32,000 nt of DNA from Ktedonobacterales bacterium (GCA_030167145.1 CP126532.1:780001-812000), one strand, 5' to 3'. Shown: positions 7,594 through 15,943, numbered from the stretch's first letter. The notes: generated from the letters alone by a model not told the origin. A program made the numbers and translations.

Positions 7594-7839
7594 ATGCGCG
7601 TCAGCACACGCTACTTTGCCGCGCTGCGTGAGATCGCGGGACGTGATAGCGATATACTGGACTTGGCTGCCGAGGCGGACGTGGCCGCCGCACGCGCGGT
7701 GTTGCTGGCGCGCTACCCGGCGATGGAGCGCATCATGCCGCGCTGCGCGGTGGCGGTGAATCGCGCGTATGTGAGCGGCGATGCACCGCTGAACGATGGC
7801 GATGAACTGGTTTTCATTCCCCCAGTGGGAGGAGGTTGA
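7594..7839 (+). CDS. moaD: molybdopterin synthase sulfur-carrier subunit (MoaD/ThiS fold)
   Basis: An 81-aa beta-grasp-size protein ending in the C-terminal Gly-Gly (FIPPVGGG), directly followed by moaE. The ORF is open from ATG 7567. I prefer ATG 7594 (MRVSTRYFAALREIAG) because it fits the usual family length. Confidence 0.8.
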   Translation: MRVSTRYFAALREIAGRDSDILDLAAEADVAAARAVLLARYPAMERIMPRCAVAVNRAYVSGDAPLNDGDELVFIPPVGGG

Positions 7840-7844
7840 GCGCC

Positions 7845-8267
7845 GTGCCGCCAATTATCAAGATCACGCGCGATGCGCTGGATGCCGCTGCTATCAACGA
7901 TTTGCAGCATGCGCTCGAAGATCCCAGTGTGGGGGGAGTGGTGACATTCGCGGGTGTCGTGCGCGATACTTCACATGGCAAGCGCGTGCGCTACCTGGAA
8001 TATGACGCCTACCCGGAGATGGCAGAGCAGGAGATGGCGCGAATCGCCGCCGAGGTGACGCAACGCTGGCAGACCGAACGGATGGCGCTGGTCCACCGCA
8101 TCGGGCGGATGGAGATTGGCGAGTGCAGCGTGGTGGTGATCGTGGCATGCGCGCATCGCGCTGAGGCGTTCGAGGCGTGCCGCTACGCGATAGATACGCT
8201 GAAGACAACTGTGCCTATCTGGAAGAAAGAAGTCGCCGAGGACGGCGAGGAATGGATCGAGGGCTAA
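7845..8267 (+). CDS. moaE: molybdopterin synthase catalytic subunit
   Basis: MoaE-like motifs are present: GGVVTFAGVVRD, YLEYDAYPEMAE, ALVHRIGRMEIGE, TVPIWKKE. GTG 7845 lies 9 nt after GGAGG (7831-7835). TTG 7836, which overlaps the moaD TGA, is the alternative. Confidence 0.85.
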   Translation: MPPIIKITRDALDAAAINDLQHALEDPSVGGVVTFAGVVRDTSHGKRVRYLEYDAYPEMAEQEMARIAAEVTQRWQTERMALVHRIGRMEIGECSVVVIVACAHRAEAFEACRYAIDTLKTTVPIWKKEVAEDGEEWIEG

Positions 8268-8270
8268 GCT

Positions 8271-8996
8271 ATGAAGTTCGGTGTGGTCGTGTTTCCTGGC
8301 ACCTGGAGCGATAAAGATTGTTTGCATGTTTTGGGGCCGGTGCTGGGTCAGGAAGCCGTCAGTATCTGGCATGAAGACACCGATCTCCAGAATTGCGATT
8401 GTGTTGTGCTGCCCGGTGGCTTTTCGTATGGCGACTATCTGCGCCCTGGGGCTATCGCACGTTTTGCGCCGGTTGTGGGCGCGATCAAAGATTTCGCGGA
8501 GCGTGGCGGGCTGGTGCTGGGCATCTGCAATGGCTTTCAGATCTTGTTGGAAGCGGGGATGCTGCCAGGCGCGCTGCTGCGGAATGAGAGTCTGGAGTTT
8601 CGCTGCCAGTGGGTGAATCTGCGGATCGAAAATGTGGAGACACCGTTTACCCGCCTTTGCCGCCCCGGCCAGGTGTTGCGCATTCCCATCTCGCATGGCG
8701 ACGGCAATTATTTCGCGAGTGAGGAGACGCTCGACGCGCTCGAAACGAGCAATAGCGTGCTGGCGCGCTACTGCACCGCTGGCGGCGAGGTTACCGCAGA
8801 CGCCAACCCGAACGGATCGCGCCGCAATATCGCGGGTATCGTGTCGCCGGGGCGGAATGTCGCGGCGATGATGCCGCACCCGGAGCGCTGTGGCGAGGCG
8901 TTGCTAGGCGGCGAAGACGGGCGATTGATTTTCAATTCGATCATCGCTGCTCTTGCTGAGCGCCAGGCTGCTTCAGCCGCGTTGACTTCGGTGTAA
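8271..8996 (+). CDS. purQ: phosphoribosylformylglycinamidine synthase, glutamine amidotransferase subunit
   Basis: [29 protein letters not shown], the catalytic-Cys context [10 protein letters not shown], and MMPHPER. The start lies 3 nt after the moaE stop, with GAGGG 7 nt upstream. Confidence 0.9.
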   Translation: MKFGVVVFPGTWSDKDCLHVLGPVLGQEAVSIWHEDTDLQNCDCVVLPGGFSYGDYLRPGAIARFAPVVGAIKDFAERGGLVLGICNGFQILLEAGMLPGALLRNESLEFRCQWVNLRIENVETPFTRLCRPGQVLRIPISHGDGNYFASEETLDALETSNSVLARYCTAGGEVTADANPNGSRRNIAGIVSPGRNVAAMMPHPERCGEALLGGEDGRLIFNSIIAALAERQAASAALTSV

Positions 8997-9088
8997 TGGC
9001 GCGATAATCGAGCACGGCGCAAGCTACCGATGGAGGGCTGGGAAGAAGCATTGAAGGTTGAGAAGACCGCGCGCATGCTCAGGGTGTG

Positions 9089-9117
9089 TTGCCGGGGCCG
9101 GTGGGCTGTGATATGCT
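9089..9117 (+). promoter_or_regulatory. putative promoter with extended -10 giving a ~240-nt leader for the histidine kinase gene
   Basis: TTGCCG (9089-9094), a 17-nt spacer, then TATGCT (9112-9117) preceded by TGA. Confidence 0.3.
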
Positions 9118-9193
9118 GTGGCGCACAGCTTCGGCGCGTACACCATAGCGCGTAGTCCTTCTGGCGCGGCAATGGGATGCGGCGAACTGGGCA

Positions 9194-9208
9194 GCGAGCA
9201 ATGCTCGC
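9194..9208. repeat. perfect 15-bp palindrome GCGAGCA-A-TGCTCGC in the kinase leader
   Basis: The 7-bp arms are exactly complementary around one central base. Confidence 0.9.
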
Positions 9209-9303
9209 GAGTGGCATACACGCGCGAGGATGGCGCGTAGAACGCCGATCAGACGGCAACAATCGTCGGGTCACGCGGTGAGGGTACGCAGAGCGTGCAG
9301 AGC

Positions 9304-9337
9304 GACGCAAGCGTGCGAGTTGCGTCAGCATTTTTCC
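9304..9337 (+). other. terminator/attenuator-like hairpin plus T-run just upstream of the kinase SD
   Basis: GACGCAA (9304-9310) pairs with TTGCGTC (9320-9326) around a 9-nt loop. AGCA TTTTT follows (T-run 9331-9335). The 4-nt gap between stem and T-run weakens the call. Confidence 0.25.
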
Positions 9338-9360
9338 AAAGAGACAGCGAGGGATCAGTA

Positions 9361-11997
9361 ATGCCGTCAGGTATGCCACCGCGAGGCTCTCAGCCGCCGA
9401 GGAGTGGCCCGCCATCGCAGCCGGGGTATGCGCCGCGCGGACCGATGTCGCAGCCGGGCGCCGACAGTGGGGCGGAATCGGATACGGGGCGAGCGTTTTC
9501 ATTTGCGGGATTCTTCGCGGACGCGCTGGATGGCGCAATGGGACTGGTGCATGCCGATGGCGGGGCTATCGCGGTGGTGGATGACACGCAGCAGGCGATG
9601 ATTTTGCGGGCGCGCCGCACGCGCCCACGGGTTGGCCCAACACTGGGGATGGGGGCATACGGCGCACAGGGGCGGCAATCGCAACCGTTGCCGCCACAGG
9701 CGGGGTGGCCAGCCACGCAACCGCCCGCAAACAGCGCAAGCAACATGGGGCGCATGTCTGGGCCTTACTTCGCGGACGCCAATGACGAAGCAGGCGAACT
9801 GGATGATGTGGAGGAACAGTCCACGCAACTGCTGCCCGCGACGCTGCGCAAGCGCACGTACCGCCCTGGCGAACGGCTCATCGGCCACTGCTGGCAGCTT
9901 GGCCAGCCGGTATTGATGCGGGGCGACGAGGTGCGAAGCCTGCCGGGCGGCGGCGCGCCGAAGGATACGAATGCGCCGTGGCATCTGGCGGTGCCGATAC
10001 TGCGGCCAGGGCAGCTTTCGACGCCGCGCGCCACGGCTGATGTGATTGGGGTGATTGCGGTCTATAATCGTGATCCGCTCTGGTCATTTACGCCGCGCGA
10101 TGGCGAGCTTCTGGCGCTGCACGCTGACCGGGTGGCACGCGCGATGTATGCGGCGGACCTGGCACGGCAGAATCAGAGCCAGGCGTCGTTGTTGAATGTG
10201 CTTGGGAATGATCTGAGCGATGTGGGCGAGCGTGGCGCGTTTGCACGGCTGCGCGATATTCTGCGGCGGATGTTCGATGCGCCGTCGTTCGCGATTCTGC
10301 TCTATGACGCCCAGCGTGATGAGGTTTCTATCGAACTGGCCGAGCGGAATAACGAGCCAATTGCGCCGGAGCGTGTGGCCGCCGCGACCCTGCCGCCATG
10401 GTGGCGGGCGGTGCGCCAGGGGCAGACGATCTATGTGTCGGCGCCGGAGGACCGGCTACAGCATCCAGAATATTGCACGTTCGGGCTGGGGAGCGATATG
10501 CCGGTGCAATCGCTGCTGGCCGCACCACTGGCGGGGCGCGACGGGCTGATAGGGGCGCTGCTGGTGGCAAGCCCGCGTTCGGATGTCTATGCGCCGGAGC
10601 AGGCGCACCTTTTCACGGCGCTGGCACACTCGTCTTCGGCTATCGTGCAGCATACGCTGCTGGAACAAGAGACCCAGGTGGCGCTGGTGCGGACACGCGA
10701 AAAGGAAGCGCGGCTCTCAGTGTTGAATAATGCGCTGTTGACTTTGAGCGCTTCGCTCGACCTGGATTTAACCGCACGGGCGCTGGCGGTGCAGGCCAGT
10801 TTACTCACGCGGGCCGAAGTCTGCGCGGTGTTCCTGCTGGATGAGCGAGAGCAGGAACTGGTAGGCCAGAGCGCGAATATTCACATCGCAGGCACACATA
10901 CGCCGCTGAACGAGGTGCGCGTGCCGCTGGCATGGCAAGACCTGCGGAAGGTGCTGCGAAGCGGGCAATTGCAGCCGCTGGCGAATCTGGACGCGGAATG
11001 GAACGATGGCACGGAGATCGGGCGGGTGCTGGCGGAATATCGGATACGCTCCTGCCTGGTGTTTCCGCTGGCGCAGGATAACAAGGCGCATGGCGCGTTG
11101 ATCGTGTATACCCCAGGGCAGAGCTATCACTTCACGGCGCAGGAGATGGGCCTGTTACAGGGGCTGGCGAGCCAGGGATCGGTGGCGATCAGCAATGCGA
11201 CATTGTATCAGCAATTGCAGATACAGTTGGAAAAGCAGAAGGAACTCGACCGGCTGAAAGACGAGTTTATTTTGACAATCTCGCATGAGTTTCGGACACC
11301 GGTGACGGCGATTCAGGGGTATGTCTCGTTGATTAGCAAGCATGGCGAGAAGCTCGATCAGGTCAAGCTGGCCCAGTTTGCGGGCGAGATCCAGCAGGCG
11401 ACGACTCAACTGACGAGCATGATCAATATGATGAATGACGCGAATACGATAGACGAATCACACCCACTCCAAATTACCACCTGCCCGGTGAATGTGCGCG
11501 CGACGGCGCAGCGGGCGCTGGTGCTCACGTCTGGCGCGCAAGGTCGTGTAACGGTTGATTTTGCGGCTGATTTGTGGGTGGAGGCAGACAGCGAGCGGCT
11601 GGATCATGTCTTTACGAATCTCTTGAGTAATGCGATAAAGTATTCACCGGCGCAGAGTACGTGCGAGATCACGGCGCGACTGGAGACGCGCGAGCATCTG
11701 GCGCGAGAGGGGCGCTCACATGCGCGGAGCGTGACCGCGCCAGCGCGGTGGGTAGTGGTCGGGGTGCGCGATCATGGGGATGGTATCTCGGCTGAGGACC
11801 AAGGTAAGCTCTTCCAGAAGTTTGTGCGCTTGTCGCGTTCGTTGACCACATCAGTGCGGGGAACGGGGCTGGGACTGTGGATTTGCCGGCAATATGTGGA
11901 AGGCATGGGAGGTGATATTTGGGTCGAGAGCGAGCCAGGGCAGGGAGCATATTTCCAGTTTAGCCTGCCCTATACCGATCCGCCGGTCGGGGCATAG
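9361..11997 (+). CDS. soluble multi-GAF sensor histidine kinase
   Basis: No hydrophobic TM segment is present. The N-terminus is Pro/Ser/Gly-rich. There are several GAF-like regions (e.g. IGVIAVYNRDP, LIGALLVASPRSD, HGALIVYTPG). H-box EFILTISHEFRTPVTAI (His codon 11284-11286), N-box NLLSNAIKYSP, G1 VRDHGDGI and G2 GTGLGLWIC are present. ATG 9361 has GAGGGA 6 nt upstream. The ORF is open from GTG 9295. Confidence 0.88.
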   Translation: MPSGMPPRGSQPPRSGPPSQPGYAPRGPMSQPGADSGAESDTGRAFSFAGFFADALDGAMGLVHADGGAIAVVDDTQQAMILRARRTRPRVGPTLGMGAYGAQGRQSQPLPPQAGWPATQPPANSASNMGRMSGPYFADANDEAGELDDVEEQSTQLLPATLRKRTYRPGERLIGHCWQLGQPVLMRGDEVRSLPGGGAPKDTNAPWHLAVPILRPGQLSTPRATADVIGVIAVYNRDPLWSFTPRDGELLALHADRVARAMYAADLARQNQSQASLLNVLGNDLSDVGERGAFARLRDILRRMFDAPSFAILLYDAQRDEVSIELAERNNEPIAPERVAAATLPPWWRAVRQGQTIYVSAPEDRLQHPEYCTFGLGSDMPVQSLLAAPLAGRDGLIGALLVASPRSDVYAPEQAHLFTALAHSSSAIVQHTLLEQETQVALVRTREKEARLSVLNNALLTLSASLDLDLTARALAVQASLLTRAEVCAVFLLDEREQELVGQSANIHIAGTHTPLNEVRVPLAWQDLRKVLRSGQLQPLANLDAEWNDGTEIGRVLAEYRIRSCLVFPLAQDNKAHGALIVYTPGQSYHFTAQEMGLLQGLASQGSVAISNATLYQQLQIQLEKQKELDRLKDEFILTISHEFRTPVTAIQGYVSLISKHGEKLDQVKLAQFAGEIQQATTQLTSMINMMNDANTIDESHPLQITTCPVNVRATAQRALVLTSGAQGRVTVDFAADLWVEADSERLDHVFTNLLSNAIKYSPAQSTCEITARLETREHLAREGRSHARSVTAPARWVVVGVRDHGDGISAEDQGKLFQKFVRLSRSLTTSVRGTGLGLWICRQYVEGMGGDIWVESEPGQGAYFQFSLPYTDPPVGA

Positions 11998-12111
11998 CCA
12001 GACGATAACGAGCACTTATCCCAATCATATCTGTGTATGACCGGCGAGAACGCGCGACGAAATTGCTGTTGAGAGTGTCGCCAGGCGCGACTGTGGAAGA
12101 GGGGAAGAGTT

Positions 12112-12480
12112 ATGTCACAACCGCCGACGGTTCTTGTCGTTGATGATGATCCATCCATTCGCAAGATGCTGGTGGAGGTGCTGTCGCTGGAGGGCTATCC
12201 CACGGAGACGGCGACGAATGGGCGCGAGGCGCTGGAGCAGCTCGAACGTAGCGGGCCGCGCATTGTCTTGCTGGATCTGCTGATGCCTGAGGTTGGCGGG
12301 CGCGAGGTGATGGATATTTTGCGGGCGTCGCCAGGCGAGCGCGCCAAGCACAAGATCGTGCTGGTGTCAGCGCTGCCGAATCTCGAAGCGGCCCGCGACC
12401 TGGATGCTGACGGCACGCTGCCGAAGCCGTTCACCGTCCATCAGTTGCTGAATGTGCTGGCGCCGATGGCGGAGAACTGA
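12112..12480 (+). CDS. single-domain response regulator (CheY-like receiver)
   Basis: VLVVDDDPSIRKML, VLLDLLMPEVGG, VLVSALP and LPKPF are present. There is no output domain. The gene starts 114 nt downstream of the kinase. Confidence 0.9.
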   Translation: MSQPPTVLVVDDDPSIRKMLVEVLSLEGYPTETATNGREALEQLERSGPRIVLLDLLMPEVGGREVMDILRASPGERAKHKIVLVSALPNLEAARDLDADGTLPKPFTVHQLLNVLAPMAEN

Positions 12481-12530
12481 TACTAGCTTGTATAGCAACG
12501 TTGGGGGGAGCGCAGAGACCTAACCCCCAG

Positions 12531-12553
12531 CCCCTTCCCTACGAGGGAAGGGG
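12531..12553. terminator. GC-rich hairpin between convergent genes (possible bidirectional terminator)
   Basis: CCCCTTCCC (12531-12539) pairs with GGGAAGGGG (12545-12553) around the loop TACGA. It is embedded between two copies of GGGGAGCGCAGAG (12505-12517 and 12550-12562). There is no U-tract. Confidence 0.4.
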
Positions 12554-12567
12554 AGCGCAGAGGCGCG

Positions 12568-13578
12568 CTAACCACGGTCGGCGTCTACGATCATCGGATT
12601 GCGGATGATGGGCGATTTATTGGTGCGCTGCGAGATGGGCGGGCGTGATTCGATGCCACCCATGCGCGGCGCACCCGTGTCCGCGCCGCCTTCGAAAGCG
12701 CTCATACCCTGGCGCAGGCGGTCCATATCGTGAAGGAAGCAGGCGACTGCGCTGGCGGCTGAACCTTTGCTGGTGGCGTTCTCGTAGCGGCGCGCGGTGA
12801 CGTCAGTGGCTTGCATGGATTGCGGGTCGTCTTGTGCGCCAAAGGAGTCCCGATAGATCTCTTCCCAGCCATTCCAGCGACCGCGAAGGGGTTTCCAGCC
12901 GAGCTGGCTGTCGCTGACGGCACGCCATTTCTCTTCGGTGAAGGCCATCCAGTCGCCGATGATCTTGGAGTAGGAGGAGAGCAGTTCGCGTAGCTCTTCG
13001 GATTGCTCGTCGAAGCGGCCAGATTGCGGGGGCTGGCGGTCGTAGCCCTGATAGCCACCCTGGTAGCCCTGGTCGCCCTGGTAATCGTTGTACTGGCCGT
13101 ACTGATCGTAGCCCTGCCCGTAGCCACCACCAGCCATGGGAGCGGAGAGCGCGCCGCCATACTGCGCGGCGGGATAGCCACCCATCATCGCGGGAGCCAT
13201 GCCCCACTGGCCTTCGTGCAGGGCGCCGTCGTCGTTGGTGAACATGTCGGGCCGGAGGCCACCAATGATGATTTCTTCGGTGCCCATGGCATCTATCAGA
13301 CGCCAGGCGAGGCGCGGATTGCGCAGCATCCATCCACCCTTGCGGGCAAGATAGACAAAGGAAAAGGCGAAATTGACGAGCAGCCAGAGAATGGCTTTGA
13401 CGGCAATCCACAGGCCAATGAATTTCAGCGCCCAGAAGAGCGGTTTGTCACCGGAACTACCTTCGAAGATGACGGTGAGAATAGCGGCGACCAGGAGACT
13501 GGGGTCGCGTATCGGGTTGATTAACCCAAAGATTCGGGAACCGATACTCTTCCGCGCCTTGCGCTCGCCCTTTGCCAT
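12568..13578 (-). CDS. hypothetical membrane protein with G/Y/Q/D-rich low-complexity segment
   Basis: ATG 13578 has GGAGG 7 nt upstream. The ORF is 336 aa with N-terminal hydrophobic helices (LLVAAILTVIF, FIGLWIAVKAILWLLVNFAFSFVYL). A low-complexity block spans aa ~126-187 (GGYPAAQYGG...GGGYGQGYDQYGQYNDYQGDQGYQGGYQGYD). I cannot assign the C-terminal ~150 aa to any family. Confidence 0.7.
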   Translation of the reverse strand: MAKGERKARKSIGSRIFGLINPIRDPSLLVAAILTVIFEGSSGDKPLFWALKFIGLWIAVKAILWLLVNFAFSFVYLARKGGWMLRNPRLAWRLIDAMGTEEIIIGGLRPDMFTNDDGALHEGQWGMAPAMMGGYPAAQYGGALSAPMAGGGYGQGYDQYGQYNDYQGDQGYQGGYQGYDRQPPQSGRFDEQSEELRELLSSYSKIIGDWMAFTEEKWRAVSDSQLGWKPLRGRWNGWEEIYRDSFGAQDDPQSMQATDVTARRYENATSKGSAASAVACFLHDMDRLRQGMSAFEGGADTGAPRMGGIESRPPISQRTNKSPIIRNPMIVDADRG

Positions 13579-13693
13579 GCTGTCGCCTCCACTCCCACCA
13601 TTGGCGCGCGGCCATTGGAGGTATTTGTCCTTCCGTTCTCACGAGCGAAAAGAATCGTGATATTCTGCGGTTTCGTGACCGGTTCAAGGCTGG

Positions 13694-13702
13694 ATTGTAG
13701 CA
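13694..13702 (-). promoter_or_regulatory. extended -10 element TGCTACAAT upstream of gene 12568..13578
   Basis: The minus strand reads TGCTACAAT about 115 nt upstream of ATG 13578. No good -35 element is present. Confidence 0.35.
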
Positions 13703-13920
13703 CGTGCGCGCCGCAGCGTTACGAAAACGAGATGGCGCTTGCGAGGCGGCGCGAAGCCATAATTTCAGGGGCTTCGCGGGGTATCCAGCCTGAAAGTCCG
13801 CTAGGAAGAAAGTACCCTGCTCTTTAGCTTGAATGCAAGCGGACATCTGAAAGCCGACGTTTTGCGCTGTACGTGGCGGGTATAACAGCCTTTTGGCGCC
13901 GTCGTGTGCCAGTGGCTGCA

Positions 13921-15768
13921 TCACATGAGCACGATCACATCGCCGCCTGGCTCATCTTGGTACAGTAATTCGACCATCTCGGCGCGGTTGTTCAGCACCG
14001 CAATCTGGTTGATGTAACCTTTGTCGGTGGTTTCGTTGGCGTCGAGGCGCGGTGGGACGGTCAACAGCATGCAACGTATGAAGCGCTCGCTGTTGCTGTG
14101 GTGCTCGCGGTTATGCTGTGCGAACACTTCGCTGAAGAACACGCGCACCTCGTCGCACCGCAAGAAGGCTGTGTCGTCCTCAGCGCGAGCGCTGGCGTCA
14201 GCAAAGCGCGCACGGAGCGCGGGCAGATTCGGGAAGACGAGCGCCGCCAGGTAGTCGCGATTTGGCGCGGCTACCACGACTTCTAGCAGATACGGCTGGC
14301 CAAGCTGGTTAATACTGCCGCGCAGGCGGGCGTTATGAACCCATGTGCCACTGGTGAGCTTGAAGTCCTCGCCAATGCGCCCGTCGAAGACCAGTCCCGC
14401 TGTGGGGTCCGCTGGGTCCAGGAAGGCGCAGGCGTCGGAGGAGCGCAGATAGCCCTGCTCATCGAAGGCGCTGGCCGTCGCCTCGGCGTCGCGATAGTAG
14501 CCGCGTGTCACGCACGGTCCCTTGACACGTATTTCGCGTTTGCCGGACGGATCAGCCGCAAGCTTGATGGTGACGCCAGGGATTGGCAGGCCGATCACGC
14601 GCGCATCGCGCGCTGGCCAGTAGACCAGTGTGGCGTCGGGCGCGGTCTCGGTCATGCCCCAGGCGGCGAAGAATGGAACCGGCTCGCCGCGCATCTTGGC
14701 GCTCATCGTTTGCATGCCCTCGAAGGTGCGCTGGTCCAGTGCGGCGGCGGCAGTGAACATGAACTTGAGACGGCTGAAGAAGGCATCGCAGAGGTCGGTG
14801 TCCGTCTGCATACGCGCATAGAGCGCGGTGTAGCTACGCGGCACGCCGAAGTAGATCGTGGGCCGAACATCGGCGATGTTGCGCACCATCGTCTCGAAGC
14901 CCTGGGGAGTGGGATTGCCACGATCTATGTAGAATGTGCCGCCGTGCATCAGGATCATGTTGAAGACGAAGTTGCCTCCAAAGGTGTGGTTCCAGGGGAG
15001 GAAGTCAATAATTACGTCGTCGGACCCCAGGAACGGCCACATCTGCGCGATACCGGTCTGGTTCGATGTCATCATGCCATGTGTGACTTCGACGCCTTTG
15101 GGCAGATTGGTTGAGCCGGAGGTGAACTGAATCTTGGCCAGGGTAGCATGCGTTACCGCCGCGAAGCGCGCTTCGCCTTCGGGGCTGAGCACGTTTGCAG
15201 CAGCCTCAAGCGCGGCGAGTGGCTGTACGCCGGGGTGGCGCTCAGCATTGGCGACGGCGAAGAGCGTGAGCGCGGAGGTATCCCATTGGCGCAATTTCGG
15301 CATATGGAGGTCGGCATCAGAGATCAAGAGCAGCGGCGCTTGCGTGACATCGAGGATATGCTTGATATGGCCGCCGGTCTGTGATAGCGCTGAGTAGGCA
15401 TAGCTGATAGGCGTGGCGGCAATGCCGACCTGCATGGCGGCGAGCTGGAAGAGGGCCATGTCAACGCTGTTCTCGGAGAGGGTTGCCACTGGACGCGAGC
15501 CACCTAATCCCTGCGCGAGCAAACCGTTACTAAGACGATTGACGCGGGCCAGCGCCTCGGCGTAGGTTGGGCCGTGCCATGTTCCCTCGGCGTTGCGCTG
15601 AAGGATGAAGGGCTTGTTGGGAAACTGTGCGGCGTTACGACGCAGCCAGATGCCAATGTTGGCGGGATTGGGCGCGAGCGGGATGGGGTTTGCGAGGATG
15701 AGGTCGTTGCCCCGTGCAGTGATATGTACCTGTGGGGGAATCCCGGCGAGCGACGTGCTCTGGCTCAT
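13921..15768 (-). CDS. AMP-dependent synthetase/ligase (feruloyl-CoA synthase-like acyl-CoA synthetase)
   Basis: AMP-binding signature QFTSGSTNLPKGVEVTHG, followed by WGMTETAP and a C-terminal extension of ~100 aa typical of Fcs-like enzymes. ATG 15768 has GGAGG 11 nt upstream. The ORF is open to 15807. The substrate cannot be inferred. Confidence 0.8.
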   Translation of the reverse strand: MSQSTSLAGIPPQVHITARGNDLILANPIPLAPNPANIGIWLRRNAAQFPNKPFILQRNAEGTWHGPTYAEALARVNRLSNGLLAQGLGGSRPVATLSENSVDMALFQLAAMQVGIAATPISYAYSALSQTGGHIKHILDVTQAPLLLISDADLHMPKLRQWDTSALTLFAVANAERHPGVQPLAALEAAANVLSPEGEARFAAVTHATLAKIQFTSGSTNLPKGVEVTHGMMTSNQTGIAQMWPFLGSDDVIIDFLPWNHTFGGNFVFNMILMHGGTFYIDRGNPTPQGFETMVRNIADVRPTIYFGVPRSYTALYARMQTDTDLCDAFFSRLKFMFTAAAALDQRTFEGMQTMSAKMRGEPVPFFAAWGMTETAPDATLVYWPARDARVIGLPIPGVTIKLAADPSGKREIRVKGPCVTRGYYRDAEATASAFDEQGYLRSSDACAFLDPADPTAGLVFDGRIGEDFKLTSGTWVHNARLRGSINQLGQPYLLEVVVAAPNRDYLAALVFPNLPALRARFADASARAEDDTAFLRCDEVRVFFSEVFAQHNREHHSNSERFIRCMLLTVPPRLDANETTDKGYINQIAVLNNRAEMVELLYQDEPGGDVIVLM

Positions 15769-15943
15769 AGGGTTGTGTACCTCCGTGAGTAGGGACGGCA
15801 ACCACATGTTTGCCGTCGCGATAGCGGGCGATGTTCATGTGAAGCGTTGGGCAAACGGACGCTGGTTTCGTATATGGTACAAGATAGTATAGATGGTTAA
15901 TGGGTAACAAGTGTCCACGTGCGGTGTGAAGGAGAAGATAGCA

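Noticed and set aside
3040-12541. A recurring CCCTAC / GTAGGG core in several intergenic elements (about 3045, 7450, 7477, 12536, 22520), considered as a shared dispersed-element signature.
   Set aside because: A hexamer is expected many times by chance in 64 kb of both strands, and it also occurs in coding DNA. It is not evidence of relatedness without a genome-wide count.
13457-13924. A 155-aa minus-strand ORF spanning the 342-bp gap between the acyl-CoA synthetase gene and the G/Y/Q-rich protein gene. The plus-strand ORF 13615..13827 was also considered.
   Set aside because: The composition is Arg-rich and there is no SD. The ORF overlaps the predicted promoter, the leader and the start of the downstream gene in another frame.
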